Below, piece by piece: positions 19,171-28,725 of a stretch of 44,972 bases of DNA. The stretch's first letter is position 1. Each line of letters begins with the position of its first letter. The DNA comes from Roseovarius sp. GTDB taxonomy: Bacteria; Pseudomonadota; Alphaproteobacteria; Rhodobacterales; Rhodobacteraceae. The notes beneath the pieces were generated by a model. The model was not told the DNA's origin. It saw nothing but the letters and a program-made list of their open reading frames with translations, and did no database searches. Both the position numbers and the translations under genes were made by a program. The stretch is taken from contig JALQUE010000184.1 of NCBI GenBank assembly GCA_023260815.1, positions 1 through 44,972 on the forward strand, in the 5' to 3' direction.

Positions 19171-19245
19171 CGTCGCTGTATCCTTGCGACAGGATACCAC
19201 AATTGGGCTCTGGGTTCGTGAAAACACCGCGGACGTAATTCTCAT

Positions 19246-20004
19246 TCATGTCGGCACAACGTGAACCGTCCCGCGCGGTAGTTGGAGGTTCATCCCGACC
19301 GTCCCGTTGGTAACTAAGTGGTCAATCTCGTCCGCGCGACAGATCGCGACCCTGCTTTCCTTGTCCAGTTTCTCTGAATGGCAGAGCATGATGCAGGTTT
19401 CGGCGCGGTGCATCATTTTGCGCGCGACCTCGGCTTCGTGCAAAGCATAGTTCGTCGCGCCGCGGGTGATGTGCAGTGCAACTGGGGCAATGACCGCAAA
19501 ATCAGCTAAAAAGCGGTCTATTTCGGATAGGGTCAACTCACCATAGGTCGCGGGCACCTCCTGATCGGGTTTGCCTCCCAAGAGCAGGATGTCGCTCGTG
19601 CTTTCTGGGTTTGTGAGCCGGGCGATTTCTATGCTGTTGGTTATAATGCGCATGCCTCCAATCTGAATTAAGCTCCGCGCGAAAGCCAGTGTGGTTGTAC
19701 CGGCATCTATGAAAACGGTGGAGCCTGGGGGGATCAGTTCGCATGCTTTGCGCCCGATTGCGTTCTTGGTATTGGTGTGTTGTTCAAGCCTGTCCGCGAA
19801 AGCAGGTTCGGGCTGCGCGTCGTCGCTCGTGCGCAACGCTCCGCCATGCACGCGCAGAAGGCCGCCGCTGGCCTCCATTTCCATGAGGTCGCGCCGTATC
19901 GTTTCACGTGAGACGGCGAACATGTCAGCCAGCGTGCTGGTCTGAACCTTGCCGTCGCGCCAAAGGCATTCTTTTATCTTTGCTTGCCGCTCATGTGACC
20001 ACAT
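19246..20004 (-). CDS. DeoR/GlpR-family transcriptional regulator
   Basis: ERQAKI...LADMFAVSRETIRRDL...RVHGGA; FIDAGTTT; ITNS; GGAGGG RBS. Confidence 0.95.
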   Translation of the reverse strand: MWSHERQAKIKECLWRDGKVQTSTLADMFAVSRETIRRDLMEMEASGGLLRVHGGALRTSDDAQPEPAFADRLEQHTNTKNAIGRKACELIPPGSTVFIDAGTTTLAFARSLIQIGGMRIITNSIEIARLTNPESTSDILLLGGKPDQEVPATYGELTLSEIDRFLADFAVIAPVALHITRGATNYALHEAEVARKMMHRAETCIMLCHSEKLDKESRVAICRADEIDHLVTNGTVGMNLQLPRGTVHVVPT

Positions 20005-20274
20005 GCCAGTCCCTCCGGTCTCGCACGCATGGCGTCAGGCCTGCGCCGCCATGCGTTGCCAAGTGTTGCCACATGATTCTGGTAAATCCACTACAATAAG
20101 CACTTAATAGGAACCTTTTTTGGTTATGTTTCACACATGTCATCAATTTATCGCATTGAAAATAAGAGGAGCATGCGTTTTTTTGGATATATGTGTATTT
20201 TTTTGTGGAATTTTGATTTTTTTGGGTTTTACCTGAGGGGAGCTGCGGAGTCACACGTCTTGGAAGGATTGGAT

Positions 20275-21069
20275 ATGATAGATCTTGTCGAGGCGTTGCG
20301 CTTTTCCAACGAAGTGGCCGACGATGCTGGACGCGTCGCATTACGCCATTTTCGCAAGCCTCTGGCGGTTGAGCTCAAGGCGGATGAAACGCCGGTTACG
20401 CTGGTAGACCGCGAAATCGAAGCATTGGTGCGCACCCGTATTGCACATTCCTACCCGGAACACGGCATTTTTGGCGAAGAAGAAGCGCCGACCAATATCG
20501 AAAATTCATTTGTCTGGGTGATAGATCCCATTGACGGTACGAAGAGTTTTGTCACGGGTCATCCGCTGTTCGGCGGTCTCATGGCACTTTTACAGGATGG
20601 CGAGCCCTGCTTGGGGCAGATCGACATGCCAGCCACCGGCGAAAGATGGTCTGGGGTCTCCGGTGGTCAAAGCACGCTTAACGGCGCGCCATGTACTACC
20701 AGTGACTGCCGTGATTTGGCGAGCGCCTATGTCTACACCACGGACCCCATGCTTTTTGCTGGGTCAAAGCAAGTCGTCTTCCAAATGCTCAAGGAAAAGG
20801 CGCGCCTTCTGCGCTTCGGTGGAGATTGTTATAATTACGCACTGCTCGCTTCGGGGTTTTGCGATCTGGTCGTGGAGACCGGGCTCGAGCCATATGATTT
20901 CTTGCCGGTCGTGCAGGTCGTGCGCGGGGCCGGTGGTGTGATCACTGATTGGAATGGCAATTCGTTAGGCCTTGGGTCGAGCGGCGATGTACTGGCAGCG
21001 GCCACACCTGAACTCCACACACAACTCCTCGAGAAATTACAAACGTCGCAGGCAACAGAGGCGGCATGA
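20275..21069 (+). CDS. Inositol monophosphatase family phosphatase (HisN/AccG-like)
   Basis: PVTLVDREIE, GEE, WVIDPIDGTKSF, GGDCYNY, YDFLP...GAGGVITDW motifs. Confidence 0.92.
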   Translation: MIDLVEALRFSNEVADDAGRVALRHFRKPLAVELKADETPVTLVDREIEALVRTRIAHSYPEHGIFGEEEAPTNIENSFVWVIDPIDGTKSFVTGHPLFGGLMALLQDGEPCLGQIDMPATGERWSGVSGGQSTLNGAPCTTSDCRDLASAYVYTTDPMLFAGSKQVVFQMLKEKARLLRFGGDCYNYALLASGFCDLVVETGLEPYDFLPVVQVVRGAGGVITDWNGNSLGLGSSGDVLAAATPELHTQLLEKLQTSQATEAA

Positions 21070-21138
21070 AGATCGCCCGATAATGACGGACATTCAGAAA
21101 GGCCGGGTGATCCGGCCCCCAACACGGAGAGAAACACG

Positions 21139-22713
21139 ATGGACAGAAGGAAGTTCCTTTCATACGGCGCAGCGGTGGGGGCGACATTCACAGCCGCCCG
21201 TATCAACCCGGATTTCTTTTTCACTTCGGCTCACGCTCAGGAAGTACGGCCGTTGATGTGCCTGTCGGCTGAGAACATCACCGGCAACTGGGACCCGATG
21301 GCGCATACTACGTTGTCGCAGTTCAACATCGAAGGTTTCGTCATGGGCTTTCTTACGCGGCATCCGATGCTGCCCGAGAACCCTGACGAGGTGGTCTATG
21401 AATTGGCGACCAGCATCGAGCAGAAGGATGCCACAACTCTTGAAATCAAATTACGGGAGGGGGTGACCTTCCACGACGGTGAGCCTTTCACCGCCAAGGA
21501 TGTCAAGGCGACTTTCGAATACGGCGCGCAGCCTGAACGAGCTCGCCAAGTCTATCCCGGCATGGCGGACACGTTCGAGGTGACGACACCGGATGACTAC
21601 ACGGTTATCGTTGACACAGCCAAAGGCGGCTATGGCGCGGGTATGTTCATCTTTCTCGCGTCTTACCTGCCGATCATGTCGGCCAAGGATATCGAGGGTG
21701 GTCCCAACGGTCCGTTGTCACAGCGTCTGAACGGAACTGGTCCGTTCCGCTTTGTGGAACAGCGCGGCAATGATACGGTCATGGAAGCGTTCGAGGGCTA
21801 CTACCGTGGAGCGCCGTCGGTGCCGGGTGTTACCTATGCCTTCGTCGGCGATGCTACCACGCGGATGCTGTCGCTTCTTAATGGGCAGGCGGACGTGATC
21901 GAGCGGTTGGAGCCGGAGCAGGTCGCAACGCTGGAGCAGGAAGAGGGCATCAAGCTGAACCGCGCTGTCTCTGTCGAGAACAAGTATCTGTGGTTTCGCT
22001 GCTCAAAACCTCCTTTCGACAATCCGCTGCTGCGCAAGGCAGCGTGTCATGCGATCGACCGTGAGCTAATCAACGAGATCATGGGCACGGCAGGTGAGCC
22101 ATCCTCCAATTTCATCTCGCCAATCAAGTTTGGCTACATCGACCTTGACAACTACCCAGAGTACGACCCCGACGAATGTCAGCGCTTGTTGGCCGAAGCG
22201 GGTTATCCCAATGGCGAAGGTCTGCCGGAGCTGGAATACATAACCTCGGTCGGATTCTATCCCAAGACAAAGGAATATGGAGAGGTCATCACGGCGCTGC
22301 TTCAGGAACAAGGCTTCCCGGTCAAACTCAACGTCATGGAAGTGGCGGCTTGGAACGAGCGCCTCTATGACCGGCCCGGTGGGGGGCCCGGCCATATGAT
22401 CGACTGCGGTTGGACGAGTGCTTCACCCGAGCCTGATCTGGTTCTCAGAACGCATTTCCATTCCTCGTCTAAGCGCATTACCGGGATCGTTGATCCAGAA
22501 ATCGACGCGGCACTTGATGAGCAGCGTGATGCACCGTCGCTTGAGGCGCGCAAGGAAAGCCTGCAGACCAACCTCATGCCCCTTCTCGCCGAGAAGGTGC
22601 CGGCCTACAGCCTGTTCACCTCGGTTCTGATGCATGGGCTGCGCGCGGATGTCGAAGGTCTGTTCATATACCCAGACGGAACCATGGACGCCTCCACCGC
22701 GACCAAAGCCTAA
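21139..22713 (+). CDS. ABC transporter substrate-binding protein, family 5 (Dpp/Opp/AccA type), Tat-exported
   Basis: MDRRKFL twin-arginine signal ending AHA; KLREGVTFHDGEPFTAKDV, GTGPF, PFDNPLLRKA..AIDR. Confidence 0.93.
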   Translation: MDRRKFLSYGAAVGATFTAARINPDFFFTSAHAQEVRPLMCLSAENITGNWDPMAHTTLSQFNIEGFVMGFLTRHPMLPENPDEVVYELATSIEQKDATTLEIKLREGVTFHDGEPFTAKDVKATFEYGAQPERARQVYPGMADTFEVTTPDDYTVIVDTAKGGYGAGMFIFLASYLPIMSAKDIEGGPNGPLSQRLNGTGPFRFVEQRGNDTVMEAFEGYYRGAPSVPGVTYAFVGDATTRMLSLLNGQADVIERLEPEQVATLEQEEGIKLNRAVSVENKYLWFRCSKPPFDNPLLRKAACHAIDRELINEIMGTAGEPSSNFISPIKFGYIDLDNYPEYDPDECQRLLAEAGYPNGEGLPELEYITSVGFYPKTKEYGEVITALLQEQGFPVKLNVMEVAAWNERLYDRPGGGPGHMIDCGWTSASPEPDLVLRTHFHSSSKRITGIVDPEIDAALDEQRDAPSLEARKESLQTNLMPLLAEKVPAYSLFTSVLMHGLRADVEGLFIYPDGTMDASTATKA

Positions 22714-22723
22714 CAAGCCGATG

Positions 22724-22749
22724 CCGGGGGCCAATTAATTGGCCTCCGG
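22724..22749 (+). other. Stem-loop after the SBP gene (mRNA stabiliser/partial terminator)
   Basis: CCGGGGGCCAATT-AATTGGCCTCCGG near-perfect palindrome, no U-tract. Confidence 0.6.
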
Positions 22750-22785
22750 TACAGCCAGGGTTTGTCAGCCCAGCCAGAGGTGCCG

Positions 22786-23766
22786 ATGTTCATTGTCAGA
22801 TTCCTAATAAGACGGTTGTTGCAAGGCGCGTTGATCGTGTTCCTTGTGTCTGCGCTGATTTTTACCCTGCTGCGCGTGGTGCCGGGCGATCCGGTGCGCC
22901 TGATGGCCGGGGGCATGGCACCCGAGGCCTTAATCGAAGAAATTGCTCAGGAAATGGGCCTGCGTGATCCAATTTACCAACAATTCGCGCGGTATATGGG
23001 GGGCGTCATACAAGGGGACCTGGGCCAAAGCTTTGTCAGGCCCGCAAACGGGGCAGCTGTGGGCGGTGCCAGCTTCGATGACAGTACGCGCGCCGCGCGG
23101 GCCGAAGTCTGGGATCTGATCGCACAGACTGTGCCGATGACTTTGCAACTGGCATTGCTTTCCATGATCTTTGCCTTGGTGATCGCGGTTCCGATCGGTG
23201 TTATGGGCGGGCTCAGGCCCGGGAAATGGCCCGACAGGCTGGCGCTTTACCTGTCATCGGTTTTCATAAGCCTGCCAAACTTCTGGCTGGGTATCGTCCT
23301 CGCTCTGCTGTTGTCAGTAAAGCTGAATTTGCTGCCCGCGATCGGCTATGAGGGTTTTGCCTATACAATCCTTCCCGCCCTTGTGCTTGCAGTTGAAATT
23401 GCGCCGTTCATTATCAGGACGCTGACCGTTTCGGTGGCTAACGTGATGGGGCAGAATTTCATAGACATCGCCGCAGTCAGGGGACTTACAAGAAATCAGA
23501 TCATCTTTCGCCATGCGCTGAAAAACTCTGCAATTCCTTTGCTTAATCTGCTGGGTGTCCAGTTTTCGATGCTACTGGGCGGGGTTTTGGTGATCGAGTT
23601 CATCTTTGATTACCCCGGTTTGGGGCGGCTTACGATCAATGCGGTTATGCAGCGTGATTTCCCGTTAATCCAGGGTATTGCGATTGTAACAGCTGCGGCA
23701 TTCGTTCTTATAAACATCGTTGTCGATCTCTGTGCGACAGCCATTGATCCGAGGTTGGACTACTGA
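22786..23766 (+). CDS. ABC permease, DppB type
   Basis: VPGDPV, GDLGQSF, SLPNFWLG, RHALKNS, FDYPGLG, RDFPLIQG. Confidence 0.95.
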   Translation: MFIVRFLIRRLLQGALIVFLVSALIFTLLRVVPGDPVRLMAGGMAPEALIEEIAQEMGLRDPIYQQFARYMGGVIQGDLGQSFVRPANGAAVGGASFDDSTRAARAEVWDLIAQTVPMTLQLALLSMIFALVIAVPIGVMGGLRPGKWPDRLALYLSSVFISLPNFWLGIVLALLLSVKLNLLPAIGYEGFAYTILPALVLAVEIAPFIIRTLTVSVANVMGQNFIDIAAVRGLTRNQIIFRHALKNSAIPLLNLLGVQFSMLLGGVLVIEFIFDYPGLGRLTINAVMQRDFPLIQGIAIVTAAAFVLINIVVDLCATAIDPRLDY

Positions 23767-24677
23767 TGAGCAATCTCAATACCGCACTGGACTTCAGCCA
23801 ACCCAAACGCGAACGCAAGGTCGCGGCCCGAATCTGGTCACAGGCCTTTGCCTCGATCGAGTTCAAGATCGGAATGGTGGTCTTCATTGCCCTGCTTGCC
23901 CTCGCAATCTTTTATCCGTGGGTGTCGGGGGTCGATCCGCTAAAGATGAATATACGCGGCAAGCTCGCCCCGCCGCTTTTCATGGGTGAGGGGTGGACGT
24001 GGGCAAATCCTCTGGGCACGGACCAACTGGGACGCGATATGCTGGCCCGGTCGCTTGTAGGGCTGCGGTACTCACTTCTGATCGGGGTTTCGACCACAGT
24101 TCTCATGGTTTCCGTCGGCGCACTGATCGGGCTGTTTGCTGGGTATTTTGGTGGCAGAGTCGATACGGTACTGATGCGCCTGACGGATGCGCAACTATCG
24201 ATTCCGATGATCATCCTCGCAATCACTATTCTGGGCGTGTCGCGGCCGACAATTCCGTCGATCATCATTGTCCTGGGGCTGGCTGGCTGGCCTGTTTATG
24301 CTCGGATAATGCGATCTACCGTGATGTCGGAGCGCAAGAAGGAATTTGTACGCGGTGCTCAGGTCCTGGGGGCCACGGACTGGCGGATCATGTTCACACT
24401 TATTGTCCCGCTTGTTCTTCCGCCTATTGCCTTTGTTGCGGTGTTGGACATTGCGCGCATGATGATTTTCGAATCCGTGCTTGGCTTCCTTGGGCTGGGC
24501 GTGCAGCCGCCCACGCCCACTTTCGGCAACATTATCGCTGACGGGCGCAAATACCTGATCAATGCTTGGTGGATCGCGACGATGCCGGGCGTCTTTTTGG
24601 TGCTGACGCTGACCTCTATCAATCTTATGGGCGCATCGCTGGAGCGGGCGCGCAATGCAATCTACGGAGGAGCGTGA
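23766..24677 (+). CDS. ABC permease, DppC type
   Basis: PLGTDQLGRD, LGFLGLGVQPPTP, WWIATMPG; TGATG coupling. Confidence 0.95.
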   Translation: MSNLNTALDFSQPKRERKVAARIWSQAFASIEFKIGMVVFIALLALAIFYPWVSGVDPLKMNIRGKLAPPLFMGEGWTWANPLGTDQLGRDMLARSLVGLRYSLLIGVSTTVLMVSVGALIGLFAGYFGGRVDTVLMRLTDAQLSIPMIILAITILGVSRPTIPSIIIVLGLAGWPVYARIMRSTVMSERKKEFVRGAQVLGATDWRIMFTLIVPLVLPPIAFVAVLDIARMMIFESVLGFLGLGVQPPTPTFGNIIADGRKYLINAWWIATMPGVFLVLTLTSINLMGASLERARNAIYGGA

Positions 24678-24678
24678 G

Positions 24679-26490
24679 ATGGCGCGAGACGATGTGCTGG
24701 CCGGCCAAATCCTGCTCAGTGTCCGTGACCTGACGGTCCAGGCCGAGGAGGACGGCAAAAGCCGCACCATACTCGACAGGATCAGCTTCGACCTTAACCC
24801 GAGCCAGATCCTTTCGGTAATTGGTGAAAGCGGATCGGGTAAGACCGTTCTGGCGCGCACCCTTGCTAGCTGGCTGTCAGTGCCCTTACGGGTGACAGGT
24901 GGGGCCATTCACTTCCGAGGCGAAGACTTGATCTCTAATCCGAAATTCGCCAAGAGTTTGTCGGGGCGCGAGATTGCCTATATCGGCGGCAATCCCGCCG
25001 GGGCGCTGGACCCGACGATGACTGTGGGCGCGCAGCTTGTGGAGAAGCTGCGCGCAGTCCGGCCCGATATTTCCAAGAGTGACGCGCGTGACAAGGCGAT
25101 AGCCTTGCTGAAAGCGGTAAAGATACCGGCGGCGGAACGGCGATTTTATGAATACCCGTTTCAGTATTCCGGCGGCATGATGCAGCGCGCGATGATCGTG
25201 GATGCGCTCATCTCGGACCCGGCACTATTAATCGCGGACAACATCACTCAGCCGCTCGACGTGACCGTGGCCGCACAAATCCTTAAGCTACTGCGCGAGC
25301 TGAACTCTGAATTCTCCACGGCGATCCTGTTCATCTGCTCATCACTCCCCGTCGCCTGCGATGCGGCGGATGAGGTTATGGTGTTGCATGACGGGCGGGT
25401 AGTGGAGCGGCAGGTTCCTGCCGCCTTGGTCGACGCGCCCCAGCATTCCTATACAAAGGGTCTCATCAAAGAGCTTCCGACGCTGTGGGCGGAAGGCAAG
25501 GATGAAAGCGGTACTGTTAAACCTGATGTAGGGCAGCCTATCATGTCGGTGCACGGTGTCGCCAAGCATTATGAGACGCACGGAAAAAGCGGATGGGCGC
25601 TTGTCCAGGCAGTGCGTAATGTTCAATTCGACGTGTTTCGCGGCGACAATTTCGGGATCGTAGGGGAGTCCGGCTGTGGAAAATCCTCGCTCATGCGCTT
25701 GCTGACGGGCCTGGAGAGGCCTGATGCGGGCACTATCCTGTTTCAGGGAGAGAATGTGGGCGAGGCAAGTCCCAAGCGGCTCAGACAGTTGCGCCGCAAG
25801 TTCCAACTGGTATTGCAAGATCCCTATGGATCTCTGCCGCCACAATCCTCCATCGGGTCGATCCTTGAGGAGCCATTGATTATTCACAAGATTGGCTCAC
25901 GCGCCGAGCGGCGCGACAAGGCGCGCGCAATTATGGCCGAGGTCGGGTTGCCTGATAATTTTTATGACCGCCTGCCCACCGGCCTGTCGGCAGGGCAACG
26001 CCAGCGGCTCAACGTGGGCAGGGCGATGATCTTGGAGCCTGAATTGTTGATCATGGATGAAACCCTGTCAGCGTTGGACCAGACGGAGCAGGGCAAACTG
26101 CTGGAACTTTTCCAGAGACTTCAGGAAGAGCACGGATTCACCTACATCTTTATCTCACACGATCTGACGATGGTGCGGCAGGTATGTTCGCGCATAGCCG
26201 TCATGTATCTGGGAGAGACAGTCGAGGTTGCCTCGAACGAGCGACTGTTCTTCGATCCGGGCCATCCTTACAGCCGCGCGCTTCTGTCTGCTGCGCCGAC
26301 GCTGGAAAAGCGGCGCTACAGCCCCGAAAAATGCCTTCTGGAAGGCGAGCCGCCTAGCCCAATCGACCTGCCTCCGGGATGTGCCTTCGCCAACAGATGC
26401 CCTCATGCCTTCGACCGATGCATGGCCGAGACCCCTAAGCTTCTGTCGCGCGGCGATCATGCGTTGGCGGCATGTTTCCTAAACGAATGA
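24679..26490 (+). CDS. Fused dual ABC ATPase (DppD/DppF type), first NBD degenerate
   Basis: Two Walker A motifs (GESGSGKT, GESGCGKS); C-terminal C-x5-C-x6-C...C Cys cluster; GGAGG RBS. Confidence 0.93.
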   Translation: MARDDVLAGQILLSVRDLTVQAEEDGKSRTILDRISFDLNPSQILSVIGESGSGKTVLARTLASWLSVPLRVTGGAIHFRGEDLISNPKFAKSLSGREIAYIGGNPAGALDPTMTVGAQLVEKLRAVRPDISKSDARDKAIALLKAVKIPAAERRFYEYPFQYSGGMMQRAMIVDALISDPALLIADNITQPLDVTVAAQILKLLRELNSEFSTAILFICSSLPVACDAADEVMVLHDGRVVERQVPAALVDAPQHSYTKGLIKELPTLWAEGKDESGTVKPDVGQPIMSVHGVAKHYETHGKSGWALVQAVRNVQFDVFRGDNFGIVGESGCGKSSLMRLLTGLERPDAGTILFQGENVGEASPKRLRQLRRKFQLVLQDPYGSLPPQSSIGSILEEPLIIHKIGSRAERRDKARAIMAEVGLPDNFYDRLPTGLSAGQRQRLNVGRAMILEPELLIMDETLSALDQTEQGKLLELFQRLQEEHGFTYIFISHDLTMVRQVCSRIAVMYLGETVEVASNERLFFDPGHPYSRALLSAAPTLEKRRYSPEKCLLEGEPPSPIDLPPGCAFANRCPHAFDRCMAETPKLLSRGDHALAACFLNE

Positions 26491-26515
26491 CGCGACAGAC
26501 GGAAGGGGATTCCCC

Positions 26516-27799
26516 ATGAGAGAACCAAACGTGTCCCTGCGGATTGATGCGGAGCTTTTCGCCACGCTCATGGAAAAGGTCTCAGAGTTTGGAGATACCG
26601 GCGATGGTGGCGTGAACCGCCCTGTTCTTACTGATGCGCACAAAGCGGCGCGCGACTGGCTTTGTGCCGTATTTCGCAGCCGTGGATATGAAGTGCTGAT
26701 TGACGACATAGGAAACCTGTTTGGGCAGATGGATCTGGCCGGCCCGGGAGCGCCACTTGTGATGCTGGGATCGCATCTTGATAGTCAGCCCTTTGGCGGA
26801 CGGTTCGATGGGGCTTACGGCGTGATTGTGGCACTGGCCGCTGTGGAAAGCTGGCGCGCCACTGCAGAGGAGGCGGGAATTGCACCTTCGTGCAATTTTG
26901 TAATCGCCGATTGGATGAACGAAGAGGGAGCGCGATTTCAGCCATCGCTTCTGGGCTCTTCGGTTTATGCAGGCACAGTCGCGCGCGACTTTGCCTTGGC
27001 GCGGACTGACATGTCCGGCGCAACGGTAGAGGCCGAGTTGATGCGCACCGGATATAAGGGATCAGATGCTGCACCAAAGCCTACTTGCTTCATCGAGTTT
27101 CACATCGAGGGCGATGACAAGATGGAGAAATCGGGGGCTAAAATCGCGCCATTCGTGCGCCATTGGGGGGCATCCAAGGTGCGAATCGAGGTTACTGGCG
27201 AGCAGAACCACACCGGTCCGACCCCGATGCAGGACCGCCATGATGCCGTATTGGGTGCAGCCTATATTATTGCAAAGGTCAAGGAAATCGCCGACGCGGC
27301 GGCAGATACGCTCTATACTTCGGTCGCTAGGTTAGATGTCTCTCCCAACTCTCCCAACATTGTTCCGGGCAAGGCTGTGCTATTTGCTGAGTTGCGCGCA
27401 CCCGAGCCTGTTATGCTGGAATGGGCAGAGGCCGAATTGCGCGCCGCCTTGCCTGGGCTGGCAGCACGTGCCGCTGTCAAGGCCGAGATTATTGAGGTCG
27501 AACGACGCCCAGCCGGACGGTTCGACGCTGGGCTGGTTGCTTTGTGTGAGCAAGTAGCGGACTTTCTTGGATTAAAGCGAATGCAGCTTGATACCATCGC
27601 GGGCCATGATGGTGTGGCCTTGAACGGGATTATGCCATCGATTGTTGTGGCGGTGCCGTCAGTCAACGGTGTGATCCACCGCAATGATGAGTTTACATCC
27701 GAAGAGGATTTGGTCGCGGGCGGAAACGTCCTGCTGCAGATGATCGAACGGATTGACGCAGCTGGCGGCGACCTTGCGAAAGCAGGAGGAACAAAATGA
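26516..27799 (+). CDS. M20 Zn-dependent amidohydrolase (hydantoinase/carbamoylase, allantoate amidohydrolase family)
   Basis: GSHLDSQP.GGRFDG, NEEGARF, EFHIE, NHTGPTPM, AGHDG, GVIH..DE motifs. Confidence 0.92.
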   Translation: MREPNVSLRIDAELFATLMEKVSEFGDTGDGGVNRPVLTDAHKAARDWLCAVFRSRGYEVLIDDIGNLFGQMDLAGPGAPLVMLGSHLDSQPFGGRFDGAYGVIVALAAVESWRATAEEAGIAPSCNFVIADWMNEEGARFQPSLLGSSVYAGTVARDFALARTDMSGATVEAELMRTGYKGSDAAPKPTCFIEFHIEGDDKMEKSGAKIAPFVRHWGASKVRIEVTGEQNHTGPTPMQDRHDAVLGAAYIIAKVKEIADAAADTLYTSVARLDVSPNSPNIVPGKAVLFAELRAPEPVMLEWAEAELRAALPGLAARAAVKAEIIEVERRPAGRFDAGLVALCEQVADFLGLKRMQLDTIAGHDGVALNGIMPSIVVAVPSVNGVIHRNDEFTSEEDLVAGGNVLLQMIERIDAAGGDLAKAGGTK

Positions 27800-28725
27800 C
27801 CCAACTGGTGGACGACACGATGATGGCTGAGACCGTTGTGGCTGCTGGGTTCAGCATGGACGGGGCAAAGCCTGGGCCTGCGTCACTCGCGTCTCCGAGC
27901 TACAAAGCTGTGGAGAGCCGTTCGGTCTTTGCAGGGGGCGCGTTCGTCAAACGCATGCATCCAGAAATGATGCCAGGCTTCGATCTGGAAGCCGCGATGG
28001 CGCTTGCCTTACAAGCGGGGCAGGTGGGTGTCGGCCCCGAAGTTATTTGGTATGATGCCACAATCGGGGCCGTCGCGATGACGGACCTTTCGTCCGAGTG
28101 GCGCACCGCGAACCAAGCGAGCCTGCAGGATCCGGCAGTCGTGACCGCGGCGATGAGCGCGCTCAAAACCTTGCATGGAACGCAGGCCTTGGTGAGCCGC
28201 TTTGACCCCTTCGCGCAGATAGATGATTTGATCAAAAGTCTGGGGCGTGAAGCTGGCGCGCTACCCGACGATATCGTTTGGCTCCGGCGTTTGATCGCCC
28301 AGCTTGAGCCGATGATGGAGAAGGGTATGCTGGCCCCGTGCCGTAATGATGGCTCGTCCTCGAACCTTATGATCGGCCCAAACGGTGCCGTGCTGCTTGT
28401 TGATTATGACCGGGCGGGGATGAACGATCCTCTTTACGATGTGGGCTGCCTGCTGGCGGAAATCACGATTCACGAGCGGGACATGCAGCCCGGGTATGTG
28501 GCCTATGCCGGCCAATTTGACGAAGCGGGTTTCGCCCGCGCCCGGCTTTGGTCCTTCGTTGATGATCTACTGCATGCGCTTTGGTCCCGCCTAAAATCGA
28601 AAAACTCTCAACGGGGTGCAGTCGAATGGCTGAAATACGGTGAGTGGCGGCTTATCCGGGTTCGCATGGCCCTGATGCACCCGCAATTCGAAGAGAAAAT
28701 TAGACTAAGCGGGTTGGCATCATGA
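27796..28725 (+). CDS. Choline/aminoglycoside kinase-like phosphotransferase (divergent)
   Basis: GVGPEV, LKTLHG, PCRNDGSSSNLMI, LLVDYDRAGMNDPLYDVG; ATGA overlap. Confidence 0.8.
   Translation: MTQLVDDTMMAETVVAAGFSMDGAKPGPASLASPSYKAVESRSVFAGGAFVKRMHPEMMPGFDLEAAMALALQAGQVGVGPEVIWYDATIGAVAMTDLSSEWRTANQASLQDPAVVTAAMSALKTLHGTQALVSRFDPFAQIDDLIKSLGREAGALPDDIVWLRRLIAQLEPMMEKGMLAPCRNDGSSSNLMIGPNGAVLLVDYDRAGMNDPLYDVGCLLAEITIHERDMQPGYVAYAGQFDEAGFARARLWSFVDDLLHALWSRLKSKNSQRGAVEWLKYGEWRLIRVRMALMHPQFEEKIRLSGLAS

Noticed and set aside
19178-19197. GTATCCT-N6-AGGATAC hairpin as a bidirectional terminator
   Set aside because: Weak 7-bp stem with no U-tract on either strand.
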